Of a DNA stretch of 64,000 bases, positions 31,056-39,910 are shown piece after piece. How positions within the stretch are numbered: position 1 is the first letter of the stretch; the number at the start of each line of letters is the position of its first letter. Origin of the DNA: a virus; IMG/VR virus record IMGVR_UViG_3300008448_000066, positions 4,804 through 68,803 of that record. One strand, 5' to 3'. The notes under the pieces are model-generated. The model was not told where the DNA came from. It was given only the letters and a program-made list of their open reading frames with translations, and made no database searches. The position numbers and the translations under genes were made by a program.

Positions 31056-32636
31056 ATGGCATATAAACTTACCAAGGAACAGGTTCAAAAAGAAATAATC
31101 AAATGTGGTAAAGATCCTGTTTACTTTATCAATACATACGCCAGAATATCCCATCCACAAAAAGGCCCAATACCATTCAAGACATATGAATTCCAAGATG
31201 AATCATTAAAAGCTTTTATTGACTTCAGATTCAATGTTGTTCTTAAAGCTCGTCAGCTTGGTTTATCAACAGTAGTTGCTGCTTATATTGCTTGGCTAAT
31301 GTTGTTTCACAGAGATAAGAACGTATTGGTATTGGCTACCAAACTATTGTCAGCAGCTAACTTAGTAAAAAAAGTAAAATATATTATCAAGAGTTTGCCT
31401 CCTTGGCTTATGATAGCCGATATTGCAATCGACAATAGAAACTCTTTTGAACTATCAAATGGTTCACAGATTAAAGCTTCTGCTACTTCCGGTGATGCTG
31501 GTCGTTCAGAAGCCCTTTCTTTGCTTGTTCTAGACGAGGCTGCATTCATCGAAGGTATGCAAGAACTATGGACAGGCTTATATCCTACAATGGCAACTGG
31601 TGGTCGTTGTATAGCTATTTCAACTCCTAACGGCGTTGGTAACTGGTTCCATCAAACTTATATTGATGCAGAATCTGGCAACAATGAGTTTAACCCAATC
31701 AAACTGCATTGGTCAAGACACCCAGATAGAGATCAAGCTTGGTTTGATAAAGAAACTAAGAACTTGTCTCGTCGTGAGATTGCTCAAGAATACGAATGTT
31801 CTTTCAATGCATCTGGTGAGACTGTAATAGCCCCAGAAGATATTGAGTATTATTTAACTGTTGCTGGTGAACCTAAGTATCGTTCTGGTGTTGATAGAAA
31901 CTATTGGATTTGGAAAGAGTACGATCCAAAGAATGGTCACGTTTTAGTTGCAGACGTAGCAAGAGGCGACGGCTCAGACTATTCTGTATTTCATCTTTTA
32001 AATGTTGATACGATGGAAGTTGTAGCAGAATATCAAGGCAAAATGCCAACTGATGAATATGCAAGGTTTCTTATTAGTGTTGGAAAGGAATACGGGAATT
32101 GTATGATTGTTATTGAGAACAATAACATTGGTTATGCAGTATTGAAAGAAATGATAGCACTTGGATATCCAAACATATTCCACTCTGTAAAAGGTAATAA
32201 CGAATATATTGATCAAGCTCTTGCAGAAACAATGTCAAATTCAGTTCCCGGCTTTACAACATCATACAAATCAAGACCTTTAATTATTTCAAAATTAGAA
32301 GAATTTTTAAGAAATAAAGCAATCAAACTTCATTCAAAAAGATTGGTTAATGAACTCAATACATTTGTTTGGCATAACGGAAAACCACAGGCAATGCGTG
32401 GTTATCACGATGATTTAATTATGTCACTTGCAATTGCTTGTTGGATCAAAGATACTGTGTTTCAGACTAGTTATAGAGAAACAGAAATAAAGCGCGCTTT
32501 ACTTGACGGAATCCAAAAATCGAATACAATACTAAATACAACTATACACGGTATGTCCGGTTATAACAAAAACGATATGATGCGTAAAGAAGCAATATCA
32601 ATGGCTTCACAATATGGTTGGATATTTAAAGGATAA
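31056..32636 (+). CDS. terL: Terminase large subunit (T4 gp17-like)
   Basis: KARQLGLST Walker A, LLVLDEAAF Walker B, ISTPNG coupling motif, nuclease ADVARG.G.DYS, IENN and HDDLIM. Confidence 0.96.
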   Translation: MAYKLTKEQVQKEIIKCGKDPVYFINTYARISHPQKGPIPFKTYEFQDESLKAFIDFRFNVVLKARQLGLSTVVAAYIAWLMLFHRDKNVLVLATKLLSAANLVKKVKYIIKSLPPWLMIADIAIDNRNSFELSNGSQIKASATSGDAGRSEALSLLVLDEAAFIEGMQELWTGLYPTMATGGRCIAISTPNGVGNWFHQTYIDAESGNNEFNPIKLHWSRHPDRDQAWFDKETKNLSRREIAQEYECSFNASGETVIAPEDIEYYLTVAGEPKYRSGVDRNYWIWKEYDPKNGHVLVADVARGDGSDYSVFHLLNVDTMEVVAEYQGKMPTDEYARFLISVGKEYGNCMIVIENNNIGYAVLKEMIALGYPNIFHSVKGNNEYIDQALAETMSNSVPGFTTSYKSRPLIISKLEEFLRNKAIKLHSKRLVNELNTFVWHNGKPQAMRGYHDDLIMSLAIACWIKDTVFQTSYRETEIKRALLDGIQKSNTILNTTIHGMSGYNKNDMMRKEAISMASQYGWIFKG

Positions 32637-32641
32637 ACAAA

Positions 32642-34633
32642 ATGGCAGATAATAATAACAGAACTAGAAATACAAAGAATGCCGAGTCACCATTGTTTAA
32701 AAACTTGACTCGTTTGTTTTCTGGTCCAATCGTAAACTATCGTCACGCATATCAAAGTAGATATAAGCGTGGACAACTTGACAAGTTTAACTTTACATCT
32801 GCTCAAGGTTTAGCGTTTAAGAAATCAACCTATGGACATTATGAGCAATTTTCTTCAAAGATATTAGGTGCTCAAAATCGCGTTCAAAGATACACAGACT
32901 TTGAACAAATGGAGTATATGCCAGAGATTGCATCTGCTCTTGATATTTATGCAGACGAAATGACAACCTCAAATGAGTTTGCAGAAATGCTAAAGATTAC
33001 TTGTCCAAACGAAGAAATCAAACACGTTCTTCACACACTTTATTTCAAAGTATTAAATCTTGAATCCAATCTATATGGTTGGTGCAGGAATATGTGTAAG
33101 TTTGGAGATTATTTTCTTTATCTTGATATCGATGAACAAATGGGTGTCAAGAATGCAATCGGTCTTCCAACAAATGAAATAGAACGTATTGAAGGCGAAG
33201 ATAAAACAAATCCAAACTATGTCCAGTTTCAATGGAACTCTGGCGGTATGGCATTTGAAAACTGGCAGATTGCACACTTCAGAATATTGGGTAACGACAA
33301 GTATTCACCATATGGAACATCAGTTTTAGATCCTGCTCGTCGTATCTTCCGTCAACTTACACTTTTAGAAGATGCAATGATGGCTTATCGTGTTGTTCGT
33401 TCGCCAGAGCGTAAAGTGTTCTACATTGACGTTGGTGCCATTCCACCAAATGAAGTTGAACAATATATGCAAAAAGTTATGACAACAATGAAGCGCAATC
33501 AAGTTCTTGATCCAGATACAGGTCGCGTTGATTTGCGTTATAACCCAATGTCGGTCGATGAAGATTACTTTATTCCTGTTCGTGGTGGAGCAGGCTCTAC
33601 AAAGATTGAAGCTTTACCCGGTGGTCAATTTACATCTGCTATTGACGATATCAAATATCTTCGTGATAAACTGTTCTCTGCTTTGAAAGTTCCAATGTCA
33701 TATCTCTCAAGAGGCGAAGGTGCTTCTGAAGATAAGGCAACGCTTGCACAAAAAGATATTCGATTTGCAAGAACAATCCAAAGACTTCAAAGAGTCATAA
33801 TCTCAGAACTAGAAAAGATTGGCATTGTCCATCTTTATACGCTTGGCTATAGAGGAAATGATTTAATATCATTTAAACTTGCTTTGAGCAATCCATCTAA
33901 GATTGCAGCACTTCAAGAACTTGAGCACTGGAAGAATAAGTTTGATATTGCTTCTGCTGCAACAGAAGGGTTCTTCAGTAAACGCTGGATTGCACATAAT
34001 GTATTTGGTCTTTCTGATGAAGAGTTTGTCAGAATACAACGTGAACAATACTATGATCGTAAGTATGCTAAGGCTCTAGAAGCTATCGGAACTCAAGAAG
34101 AAGGTGCCGGTGGTGGCGGGGGCGGTGGTCCTATTGGCGATTTAACTGGTGGTGGAGAAACCACAGAAGAACCCGGTGCCCTATTAGCATCACCAGAAAG
34201 TCCAGCACCAGAAGGTGCAGGCGGTGCAGAAGGTGGTGCAGAGGCTGCTGGTGGTGGCGAAGAAACACCAGCCGCTGGAGAAGAAGGAGGGGCAACCTTA
34301 CTCTCAGCCCCTCCCGGTAAGAGAAATGATAAAGCCTACACTACTCCAAGAGCAAAGGGTAAAATGTATGCTCCAGTAACTATTGATAAGCGTAAGATGG
34401 GTGCAAGAAATCGCTCAATGCGTTCTAGTGGTGGAGAAAGTTTTGCAGGATTAGACAAATCATTTCCCGGTGCAAGAGAGTTTTCATCACTAGCAAACGG
34501 CATTTCAGAAAGTATTCAATCTACTTATGATAGAGAAGAAGAGTTATTATTCAATTCAAATCACGAAGTAGATAGATTAATAGAAAGTTTGGAGAATAAA
34601 CAAAATGGACAAACCAAAGTTAAAGCACAATAA
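32642..34633 (+). CDS. Portal protein (T4 gp20-like) with a long low-complexity C-terminal tail
   Basis: PEIASALDIYADE, LLEDAMMAYRVVRSPERKVFYIDVG, EDYFIPVRG, IEALPGG, DIKYLRDKLFSALKVP motifs. Confidence 0.95.
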   Translation: MADNNNRTRNTKNAESPLFKNLTRLFSGPIVNYRHAYQSRYKRGQLDKFNFTSAQGLAFKKSTYGHYEQFSSKILGAQNRVQRYTDFEQMEYMPEIASALDIYADEMTTSNEFAEMLKITCPNEEIKHVLHTLYFKVLNLESNLYGWCRNMCKFGDYFLYLDIDEQMGVKNAIGLPTNEIERIEGEDKTNPNYVQFQWNSGGMAFENWQIAHFRILGNDKYSPYGTSVLDPARRIFRQLTLLEDAMMAYRVVRSPERKVFYIDVGAIPPNEVEQYMQKVMTTMKRNQVLDPDTGRVDLRYNPMSVDEDYFIPVRGGAGSTKIEALPGGQFTSAIDDIKYLRDKLFSALKVPMSYLSRGEGASEDKATLAQKDIRFARTIQRLQRVIISELEKIGIVHLYTLGYRGNDLISFKLALSNPSKIAALQELEHWKNKFDIASAATEGFFSKRWIAHNVFGLSDEEFVRIQREQYYDRKYAKALEAIGTQEEGAGGGGGGGPIGDLTGGGETTEEPGALLASPESPAPEGAGGAEGGAEAAGGGEETPAAGEEGGATLLSAPPGKRNDKAYTTPRAKGKMYAPVTIDKRKMGARNRSMRSSGGESFAGLDKSFPGAREFSSLANGISESIQSTYDREEELLFNSNHEVDRLIESLENKQNGQTKVKAQ

Positions 34634-35408
34634 GAAAAGAAATACCGCTTTTCTTTACGAAGCTCTGGTTAAAGAACTAGCAAAAGCAACCGTAGAGAAA
34701 AACGAGATAACAAAAAAACAAATCGTATCTGTATTAAAAGAGTTTTTCTCTGTAGGCAAACCACTTGCTAGAGAACTTGATGTTTATAAAACTTTATACG
34801 AAACAAAAGATATCGATAAAGAAACAGCAAAATCTTTGATTAGTGAATCAAAAAGAGTTTACTTTGGTATGAACCAGCCAGATATATTCAACGAGCAAAG
34901 TCGTCTTATATCAAGAGTCAATAAAGATATTGGTAAATCAGTATTCCAACACTTTATGCCAAACTACAAGAATCTTGCTACTATCTCACAAATCTTTGAT
35001 CTTGATATTCCAATTAAGACAAGAGTAATACTTGAACAAACTTTGATTGAGTTCCTTACCACACCAGAACCAAAGTCAAAAGATCTTGAACCAATTGACA
35101 ATATCGTTTATAAAACATTCGTTTCTAAGTTCAATGAAAAATATAGCAACTCTTTGCTAGAAGAACAGAAAACACTTTTAACAAGATACATAATGGCTCA
35201 AGACGAACTTGACGTTGATTTTTCAATCTATCTAAACGAAGAGATTGGAAGAATAAAAAATGTAATCACAACTTCACAATCTATAAAATCAAATCAAAGT
35301 TATGACAAGTTAGTTGCTATGGTTGAGGGTTTTAGAAATAGACAAGTTGATGCTAAACTTTTAGAAGATGTTCTTTATCTTCAAGTACTTGTTAAGGAAG
35401 TTGCATAA
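34605..35408 (+). CDS. Hypothetical head-region protein
   Basis: GGAG SD; KHNKKRNTAFLYEAL; helical; located between portal and protease. Confidence 0.65.
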   Translation: MDKPKLKHNKKRNTAFLYEALVKELAKATVEKNEITKKQIVSVLKEFFSVGKPLARELDVYKTLYETKDIDKETAKSLISESKRVYFGMNQPDIFNEQSRLISRVNKDIGKSVFQHFMPNYKNLATISQIFDLDIPIKTRVILEQTLIEFLTTPEPKSKDLEPIDNIVYKTFVSKFNEKYSNSLLEEQKTLLTRYIMAQDELDVDFSIYLNEEIGRIKNVITTSQSIKSNQSYDKLVAMVEGFRNRQVDAKLLEDVLYLQVLVKEVA

Positions 35409-35968
35409 TGGATATAAAAATAAAGTTTACAGGCGACGAACAACAACAGCAGCAACAAGAAGAAACACCACAAGCTTCTATAAAACTTAATGTTCGTAAA
35501 TCAATCGATGGTAACCTTATAGTTAGAGATCATCCATTGATTGATATTATCGTTATGCCAACAAAAAATAAAATATTAGCATTGTCAAAGAACTCAATGG
35601 GTGATAGAACATACTATGCCCAAAACAAGTTGTTCGACTTTCTTTACAAGAGAGGCGTTGTAGATCCAGCTTCAATACAAGCAGGCAATATATATGCAAG
35701 TATGGAAGCAACAATACCAAAGCCTGTTGAAGATGTTGACCCAACACAAGTAGCAATATTTAATATCTTTAAGTTTCTAGAAGAAGAGTTGCCAATATTT
35801 GCATACGAAAAACAGTTTGATCACTTACAAGATGAACAAAACACTAATCCAGATTCTGAACATTCAACAGAGCTTGGAGAAGTTCCACATAAAGACAGAA
35901 AAGGCGTTTTGGGACAAGCAGTACAATCACCACAGTATGCTTACAATTATATGTATTTTGGCGAGTAA
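35408..35968 (+). CDS. Hypothetical protein
   Basis: TAATG-coupled 186-aa ORF with a short poly-Q run and STELGEVPH. Confidence 0.6.
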   Translation: MDIKIKFTGDEQQQQQQEETPQASIKLNVRKSIDGNLIVRDHPLIDIIVMPTKNKILALSKNSMGDRTYYAQNKLFDFLYKRGVVDPASIQAGNIYASMEATIPKPVEDVDPTQVAIFNIFKFLEEELPIFAYEKQFDHLQDEQNTNPDSEHSTELGEVPHKDRKGVLGQAVQSPQYAYNYMYFGE

Positions 35969-35971
35969 TCT

Positions 35972-36283
35972 ATGTTCTTACTGTTCTTTATTTTAGCTTG
36001 TTTTGGTCTTACGCAAATATTAGTTTATGGTTCTATTTTAGAACCAATAAGACCAAAACAAGGTTTGTTTGGAGAACTATTTAAATGTCCAATGTGTATG
36101 GGATTTCACGTTGGATATATTATTTCTCTTTTATTATGCGGATCAGAACTATATAATATAAGCTTTAATTTCATTGATATGTTTTTAATGGCTTGTCTAT
36201 CATCGGGGACTTCTTATGTTCTTTGTTCGGTCTTTACGGATTTTGGAATTAATATTAAAATCAACAAGTCAGAAAGCGAATAG
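35972..36283 (+). CDS. Small membrane protein with a CxxC motif (DUF1360-like)
   Basis: Three hydrophobic segments; GELFKCPMCMGFHVG resembles the DUF1360 L.CPWC.G.W motif. Confidence 0.6.
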   Translation: MFLLFFILACFGLTQILVYGSILEPIRPKQGLFGELFKCPMCMGFHVGYIISLLLCGSELYNISFNFIDMFLMACLSSGTSYVLCSVFTDFGINIKINKSESE

Positions 36284-36314
36284 TTAATCTATTTATTGAT
36301 AGTTGGAGTATATT

Positions 36315-36422
36315 ATGATAACCAAACTAACACAAGGTTTTTGGACAAGAAAGTGGGCATTACAGCCAGTAAGACTTTGTTGTAGAGGCAAGAGGTTCGT
36401 GCGGACGCAGGGCCGCTTCTAA
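36315..36422 (+). CDS. 35-aa basic micro-ORF (not in the ORF track)
   Basis: CTATTTA at 36289, GGAG SD at 36305, then MITKLTQGFWTRKWALQPVRLCCRGKRFVRTQGRF*; it fills the gap before the protease gene. Confidence 0.55.
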   Translation: MITKLTQGFWTRKWALQPVRLCCRGKRFVRTQGRF

Positions 36423-36436
36423 AGGAATAATAAACA

Positions 36437-37027
36437 ATGAGCAAAGGACTAATCAGAGAATATTTCGAACTATGCCCAAATGGTGTATGTGAGGACATTC
36501 TTACAGAATCAGATAAACGTTTTATCAAGAACGGTGGTATGATATTATCTGGCGTTATTCAACGTTCAGACGCAAGAAATGGCAATGGAAGAATATATCC
36601 ACACAGTATTCTTGAAAGAGAAATGAAAAGATACAAGTCATTAGTAGAACAAAGAATGGCTCTTGGAGAATTAGATCATCCAGAACATTCAATGATTGCT
36701 CTTGATAAAGTTTCACATCTTGTAACAGAGGTGTGGTGGAATGGAAAAGATGTAATGGGTAAGATTGAAGTATTAAACACTCCAAAAGGTAAGATACTTC
36801 AAGAGTTAGTAAATGCCAATGTAAAGATTGGTATTTCATCTAGAGGTACAGGTTCAGTAAGAGAAATCAGAGGAGATACAATCGTAGAAGACGATTTCAA
36901 TCTAATCTGTTTTGATATTGTATCTGAACCATCAACTCACGGTGCTTTTATGTCAAGACAAAATGAGTCCTTGATAAGAGGCAATCGTATTGATACTATT
37001 ATTCAAGAAATATTAAATAGAAAATAA
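36437..37027 (+). CDS. Prohead core protease (T4 gp21-like)
   Basis: NGNGRIYP, ALGELDHP, VSH, TPKGKIL, IGISSRGTGS, FDIVSEPS motifs. Confidence 0.95.
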   Translation: MSKGLIREYFELCPNGVCEDILTESDKRFIKNGGMILSGVIQRSDARNGNGRIYPHSILEREMKRYKSLVEQRMALGELDHPEHSMIALDKVSHLVTEVWWNGKDVMGKIEVLNTPKGKILQELVNANVKIGISSRGTGSVREIRGDTIVEDDFNLICFDIVSEPSTHGAFMSRQNESLIRGNRIDTIIQEILNRK

Positions 37028-37039
37028 AGGAGTTTTAAT

Positions 37040-37276
37040 ATGTCAGCTACACTAACACAAGAAAGACTAAAGCAAATAATCAAGGAAGAACTTGCTGCAC
37101 TTATGGACGAAATGGTAACCGAAGTAGATCCAGAAGTAGCCGCTCTTGAAGCAACAATCGCAGAAGCCAAAAAGAAGCTTGCAGCCGTTAAGGGCAAGAA
37201 GGTGGGCGGCAAAGATCCAAACCAAGTTCCAGCTGGTTTTGGAAAGAAAGGCGTCAAGAAAGCTTCAAAAAAGTAA
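37040..37276 (+). CDS. Small leader-bearing protein with a Lys-rich tail (putative internal head protein)
   Basis: AAGGAG SD; LTQERLKQIIKEEL...MVTE; C-terminus KKGVKKASKK. Confidence 0.7.
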   Translation: MSATLTQERLKQIIKEELAALMDEMVTEVDPEVAALEATIAEAKKKLAAVKGKKVGGKDPNQVPAGFGKKGVKKASKK

Positions 37277-37294
37277 TCTAAGCCAACAAAAATG

Positions 37295-37335
37295 AAATAG
37301 AGGCAGTACAATAAAAGTGCTGCCTCTATTTATTA
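37295..37335 (+). terminator. Hairpin/intrinsic terminator overlapping a CTATTTA element
   Basis: AATAGAGGCAGTAC-aataaaa-GTGCTGCCTCTATT stem (one G-U pair) followed by TATT. Confidence 0.65.
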
Positions 37336-37353
37336 TGATAAGGAAAAAGTAAA

Positions 37354-37971
37354 ATGTTGATAACAGAAAAATATGTAAGATCAGTTGTAAGACAAGAGCT
37401 TCTTAAGATATTAAAAGAAGCAGAATTGCCACCAATACCTAAACAACAGTACCTCTCCCCAGAAGAACAATTCTTTGGAAGTACAAAGGCTGCTGGCCTA
37501 GAGAGCGATAAAGTACAACAAGTTCGTGCTCAAGGTGCCAAATATGCTGACACAATGAAAGAGATAGTTCCAATACAAACACAAACAGACATTGCAAAAG
37601 CAATCAAGTATTATCAATCATTACCTCCACAACGAATGATCAATATGGTTATAGCACACGTTTATCATAATTTTAGTTTTTATATGTTTGTACAAAAAGA
37701 TAAAAGACTTCTTTCATTATTTAAAGATTTTGTTGACGATGTAATGGAACAAGTATCTGGTGCTCAGATAAAAGAGCAAGCTGTTAAAGAAGAAGAATTA
37801 ACATTTTACAATACAAATGAATATAAGAGATATACTATACCATTACAAATATTACGACCTTCATTAGTTGAATTTGCAAAACTTATTGGTTCTGTTCCAA
37901 ATGCTCGCGATATGATAACAAAACAAAAATACTTTTTAGCAATTAAAAATTATGTAGGTTCTTTTAAATAA
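37354..37971 (+). CDS. Leader-bearing hypothetical protein (putative internal head protein)
   Basis: Starts MLITEKYVRSVVRQELLKILKE. Confidence 0.6.
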   Translation: MLITEKYVRSVVRQELLKILKEAELPPIPKQQYLSPEEQFFGSTKAAGLESDKVQQVRAQGAKYADTMKEIVPIQTQTDIAKAIKYYQSLPPQRMINMVIAHVYHNFSFYMFVQKDKRLLSLFKDFVDDVMEQVSGAQIKEQAVKEEELTFYNTNEYKRYTIPLQILRPSLVEFAKLIGSVPNARDMITKQKYFLAIKNYVGSFK

Positions 37972-37989
37972 TTAAAACAAGGTAAGATA

Positions 37990-38403
37990 ATGGACCCAAA
38001 ACAACTTAAAACTGCTCTTAAACCAATCGTGAAAGAGCTTATATACGAATGTCTCATAACTGAAGGCATTTTATCTTCTGTAGTTTCTGAAGTAACAAAA
38101 GGTGTTGCAGGTAAAGCAATAGTTGAAAATACACAAACACAACTAAAACCAAAAGCAATCCCACAAAGAAGAGTAGAAAACGATACAGAAGCGGTAGAGA
38201 GAAGAAAGAAACTTGAAGAAACACTTGTTGGAAGATTGGGCGTTAACGTGTTTGAAGGAACTACGCCACTTTCAAAAGGCGGTTCTATAGCAGAAGGTAG
38301 AGCACCAGAAGCCGCTAGTCCATTAGCAGGAACAGATCCCGGCGATCCCGGTGTAGACATTTCCGGTCTTCTTAAGATGACAGGCGGCTGGAAACAGATC
38401 TAA
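37990..38403 (+). CDS. Hypothetical head-region protein
   Basis: MDPKQLKTALKPIVKELIYECLITEG...NVFEGT.PL...DPGVDIS. Confidence 0.65.
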   Translation: MDPKQLKTALKPIVKELIYECLITEGILSSVVSEVTKGVAGKAIVENTQTQLKPKAIPQRRVENDTEAVERRKKLEETLVGRLGVNVFEGTTPLSKGGSIAEGRAPEAASPLAGTDPGDPGVDISGLLKMTGGWKQI

Positions 38404-39194
38404 TGGTTTACTTAACAGAGCAACAAATCAGACATTTAGTAAGACAAGAGTTGATATCTGTTCTTCAAGACAATCAAATGCTTGAGGAAGGTATAAAAGA
38501 TATCTTTAAACAAGTTTTGCAATCTGCTGGTGTTGTTGCTGCTTTGCTTTATCCAAGTGCTCTTGGGGTAGATAAGATAATGGTGCAGCAAGCATCTGCA
38601 CAACAGCAACAAAAAATACAAATAGCAGATCAACTTTCTGAAGAAGCACAATCAGATCTAGTATCAATGGGTGCCACGCCAGATTATGCAATGAGAATAG
38701 TTGCAAGAGCAGTTGATGGTGCTAACAAAGAATATTTTAAACAAGAACAGCCAGCAGAAAGATATGAAGACTTCTTATTAAACTCTTTGAAAAAACTTAA
38801 AGATAAAGAAGTACTATCAGCTATTGCTGGTCTTGATTTTATGAACGAAGCAGAAAGAGTCGGACGTTCACAGCTTGTTAAATCAGCTTATCAACAAGGA
38901 CAAAGTGGAACAACAAGTCCAATACTATCTTTACAATTTGCATTCGGTTCTTCACTTTTAAACGATATTCAAGAAGAAAAAATAGATTTCAATGATATTT
39001 ATTCTACGGAAGATGGAAATGCTTTCGTATTCGATCCTATGAAACTTTCTTATTGGGAAGACAAGGTAATCGAAGGAAGTGAGTTACAAAAAGATTTATC
39101 TGATACATTGGGCAAGGCAGTAGTTCCAAAAGCATTATTTGATTTAGCACAATCAGCAGATATAGAAAATAGAATAAGACAACAAATACAATAG
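38403..39194 (+). CDS. Leader-bearing protein with a hydrophobic segment (putative ejected protein)
   Basis: MVYLTEQQIRHLVRQEL...MLEEG followed by AGVVAALLYPSALGV. Confidence 0.6.
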   Translation: MVYLTEQQIRHLVRQELISVLQDNQMLEEGIKDIFKQVLQSAGVVAALLYPSALGVDKIMVQQASAQQQQKIQIADQLSEEAQSDLVSMGATPDYAMRIVARAVDGANKEYFKQEQPAERYEDFLLNSLKKLKDKEVLSAIAGLDFMNEAERVGRSQLVKSAYQQGQSGTTSPILSLQFAFGSSLLNDIQEEKIDFNDIYSTEDGNAFVFDPMKLSYWEDKVIEGSELQKDLSDTLGKAVVPKALFDLAQSADIENRIRQQIQ

Positions 39195-39202
39195 AGGTAA
39201 AA

Positions 39203-39475
39203 ATGTCAAAGAAAAGTACACACGTAAATGTCAAAGTAGATGCAAGAAACTTTGAAAACTTTGAAAGAATGCTCAAAAGATTTATGAAGAAAGTCAAAAA
39301 AGAAAGAATCATTGAGCAAGTCAAAGAACGCAGATACTACGAGAAACCATCTGTAGTTGAGCGCAGAGCAAAACTAAATGGCATAAAAAAAGAGAAAAAG
39401 CGTGTAAGAGAGTTTAATAAGAAGATAAACTCAAATGAGAAACTAAATAGTAATAGAGATAGAGGTAATAGATAA
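39203..39475 (+). CDS. rpsU: Phage-encoded 30S ribosomal protein bS21
   Basis: V.V...ENFERMLKRFMKKVKKERIIEQVKERRYYEKPSVVERRAK is the bS21 signature; GAGG SD. Confidence 0.9.
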   Translation: MSKKSTHVNVKVDARNFENFERMLKRFMKKVKKERIIEQVKERRYYEKPSVVERRAKLNGIKKEKKRVREFNKKINSNEKLNSNRDRGNR

Positions 39476-39909
39476 TGTCACTTAGTTATCCTTATGGTGT
39501 TGGTTTACAAAACGTTGGTTCATATCAAGTATCTGGTATACCATTTTTAACAAGCTCAGTTGCAGCTCCTGTTTCAAGTGGAACACCAGTAAGAATAGAC
39601 TTTCCAGAAGTAACTCAAAGAATCATAGTAGAAAACATTGGAACAGAGCATTTAAGAGTTGGTTTTTCTGCTAATGGTGTAAAGGGAACAAACTATTTCT
39701 TAATCCACGAACATCACACTGGAACTCCAACACAATTTAATTCTGTTGAATTAAGAGTTAAAGTATCTTCAATATTTATTTTATCTCACGACGGAAGTAA
39801 TGCAACAACTGCAAGTATATCAGCAGAGCTTACAAATATTGATACAGGATTGCTAGAATTGTCTGGTCCATCTGGCTCTAATTGGTCTGGATCTGTAGGA
39901 GTAGGATAA
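39475..39909 (+). CDS. Small beta-rich virion protein
   Basis: GLQNVGSYQVSGIPFLTSS...LRVGFSANG; first gene of the fibre cluster. Confidence 0.55.
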   Translation: MSLSYPYGVGLQNVGSYQVSGIPFLTSSVAAPVSSGTPVRIDFPEVTQRIIVENIGTEHLRVGFSANGVKGTNYFLIHEHHTGTPTQFNSVELRVKVSSIFILSHDGSNATTASISAELTNIDTGLLELSGPSGSNWSGSVGVG

Positions 39910-39910
39910 T

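Noticed and set aside
31056-32636. Intein or intron in terminase, primase or capsid genes
   Set aside because: Lengths and motif spacing are normal, and no homing endonuclease or splice-junction motifs were seen.
34521-34527. CTACTTA (also at 30039) as gene-internal variants of the late promoter
   Set aside because: They lie inside coding sequence with a mismatch and cannot be distinguished from chance in AT-rich DNA.
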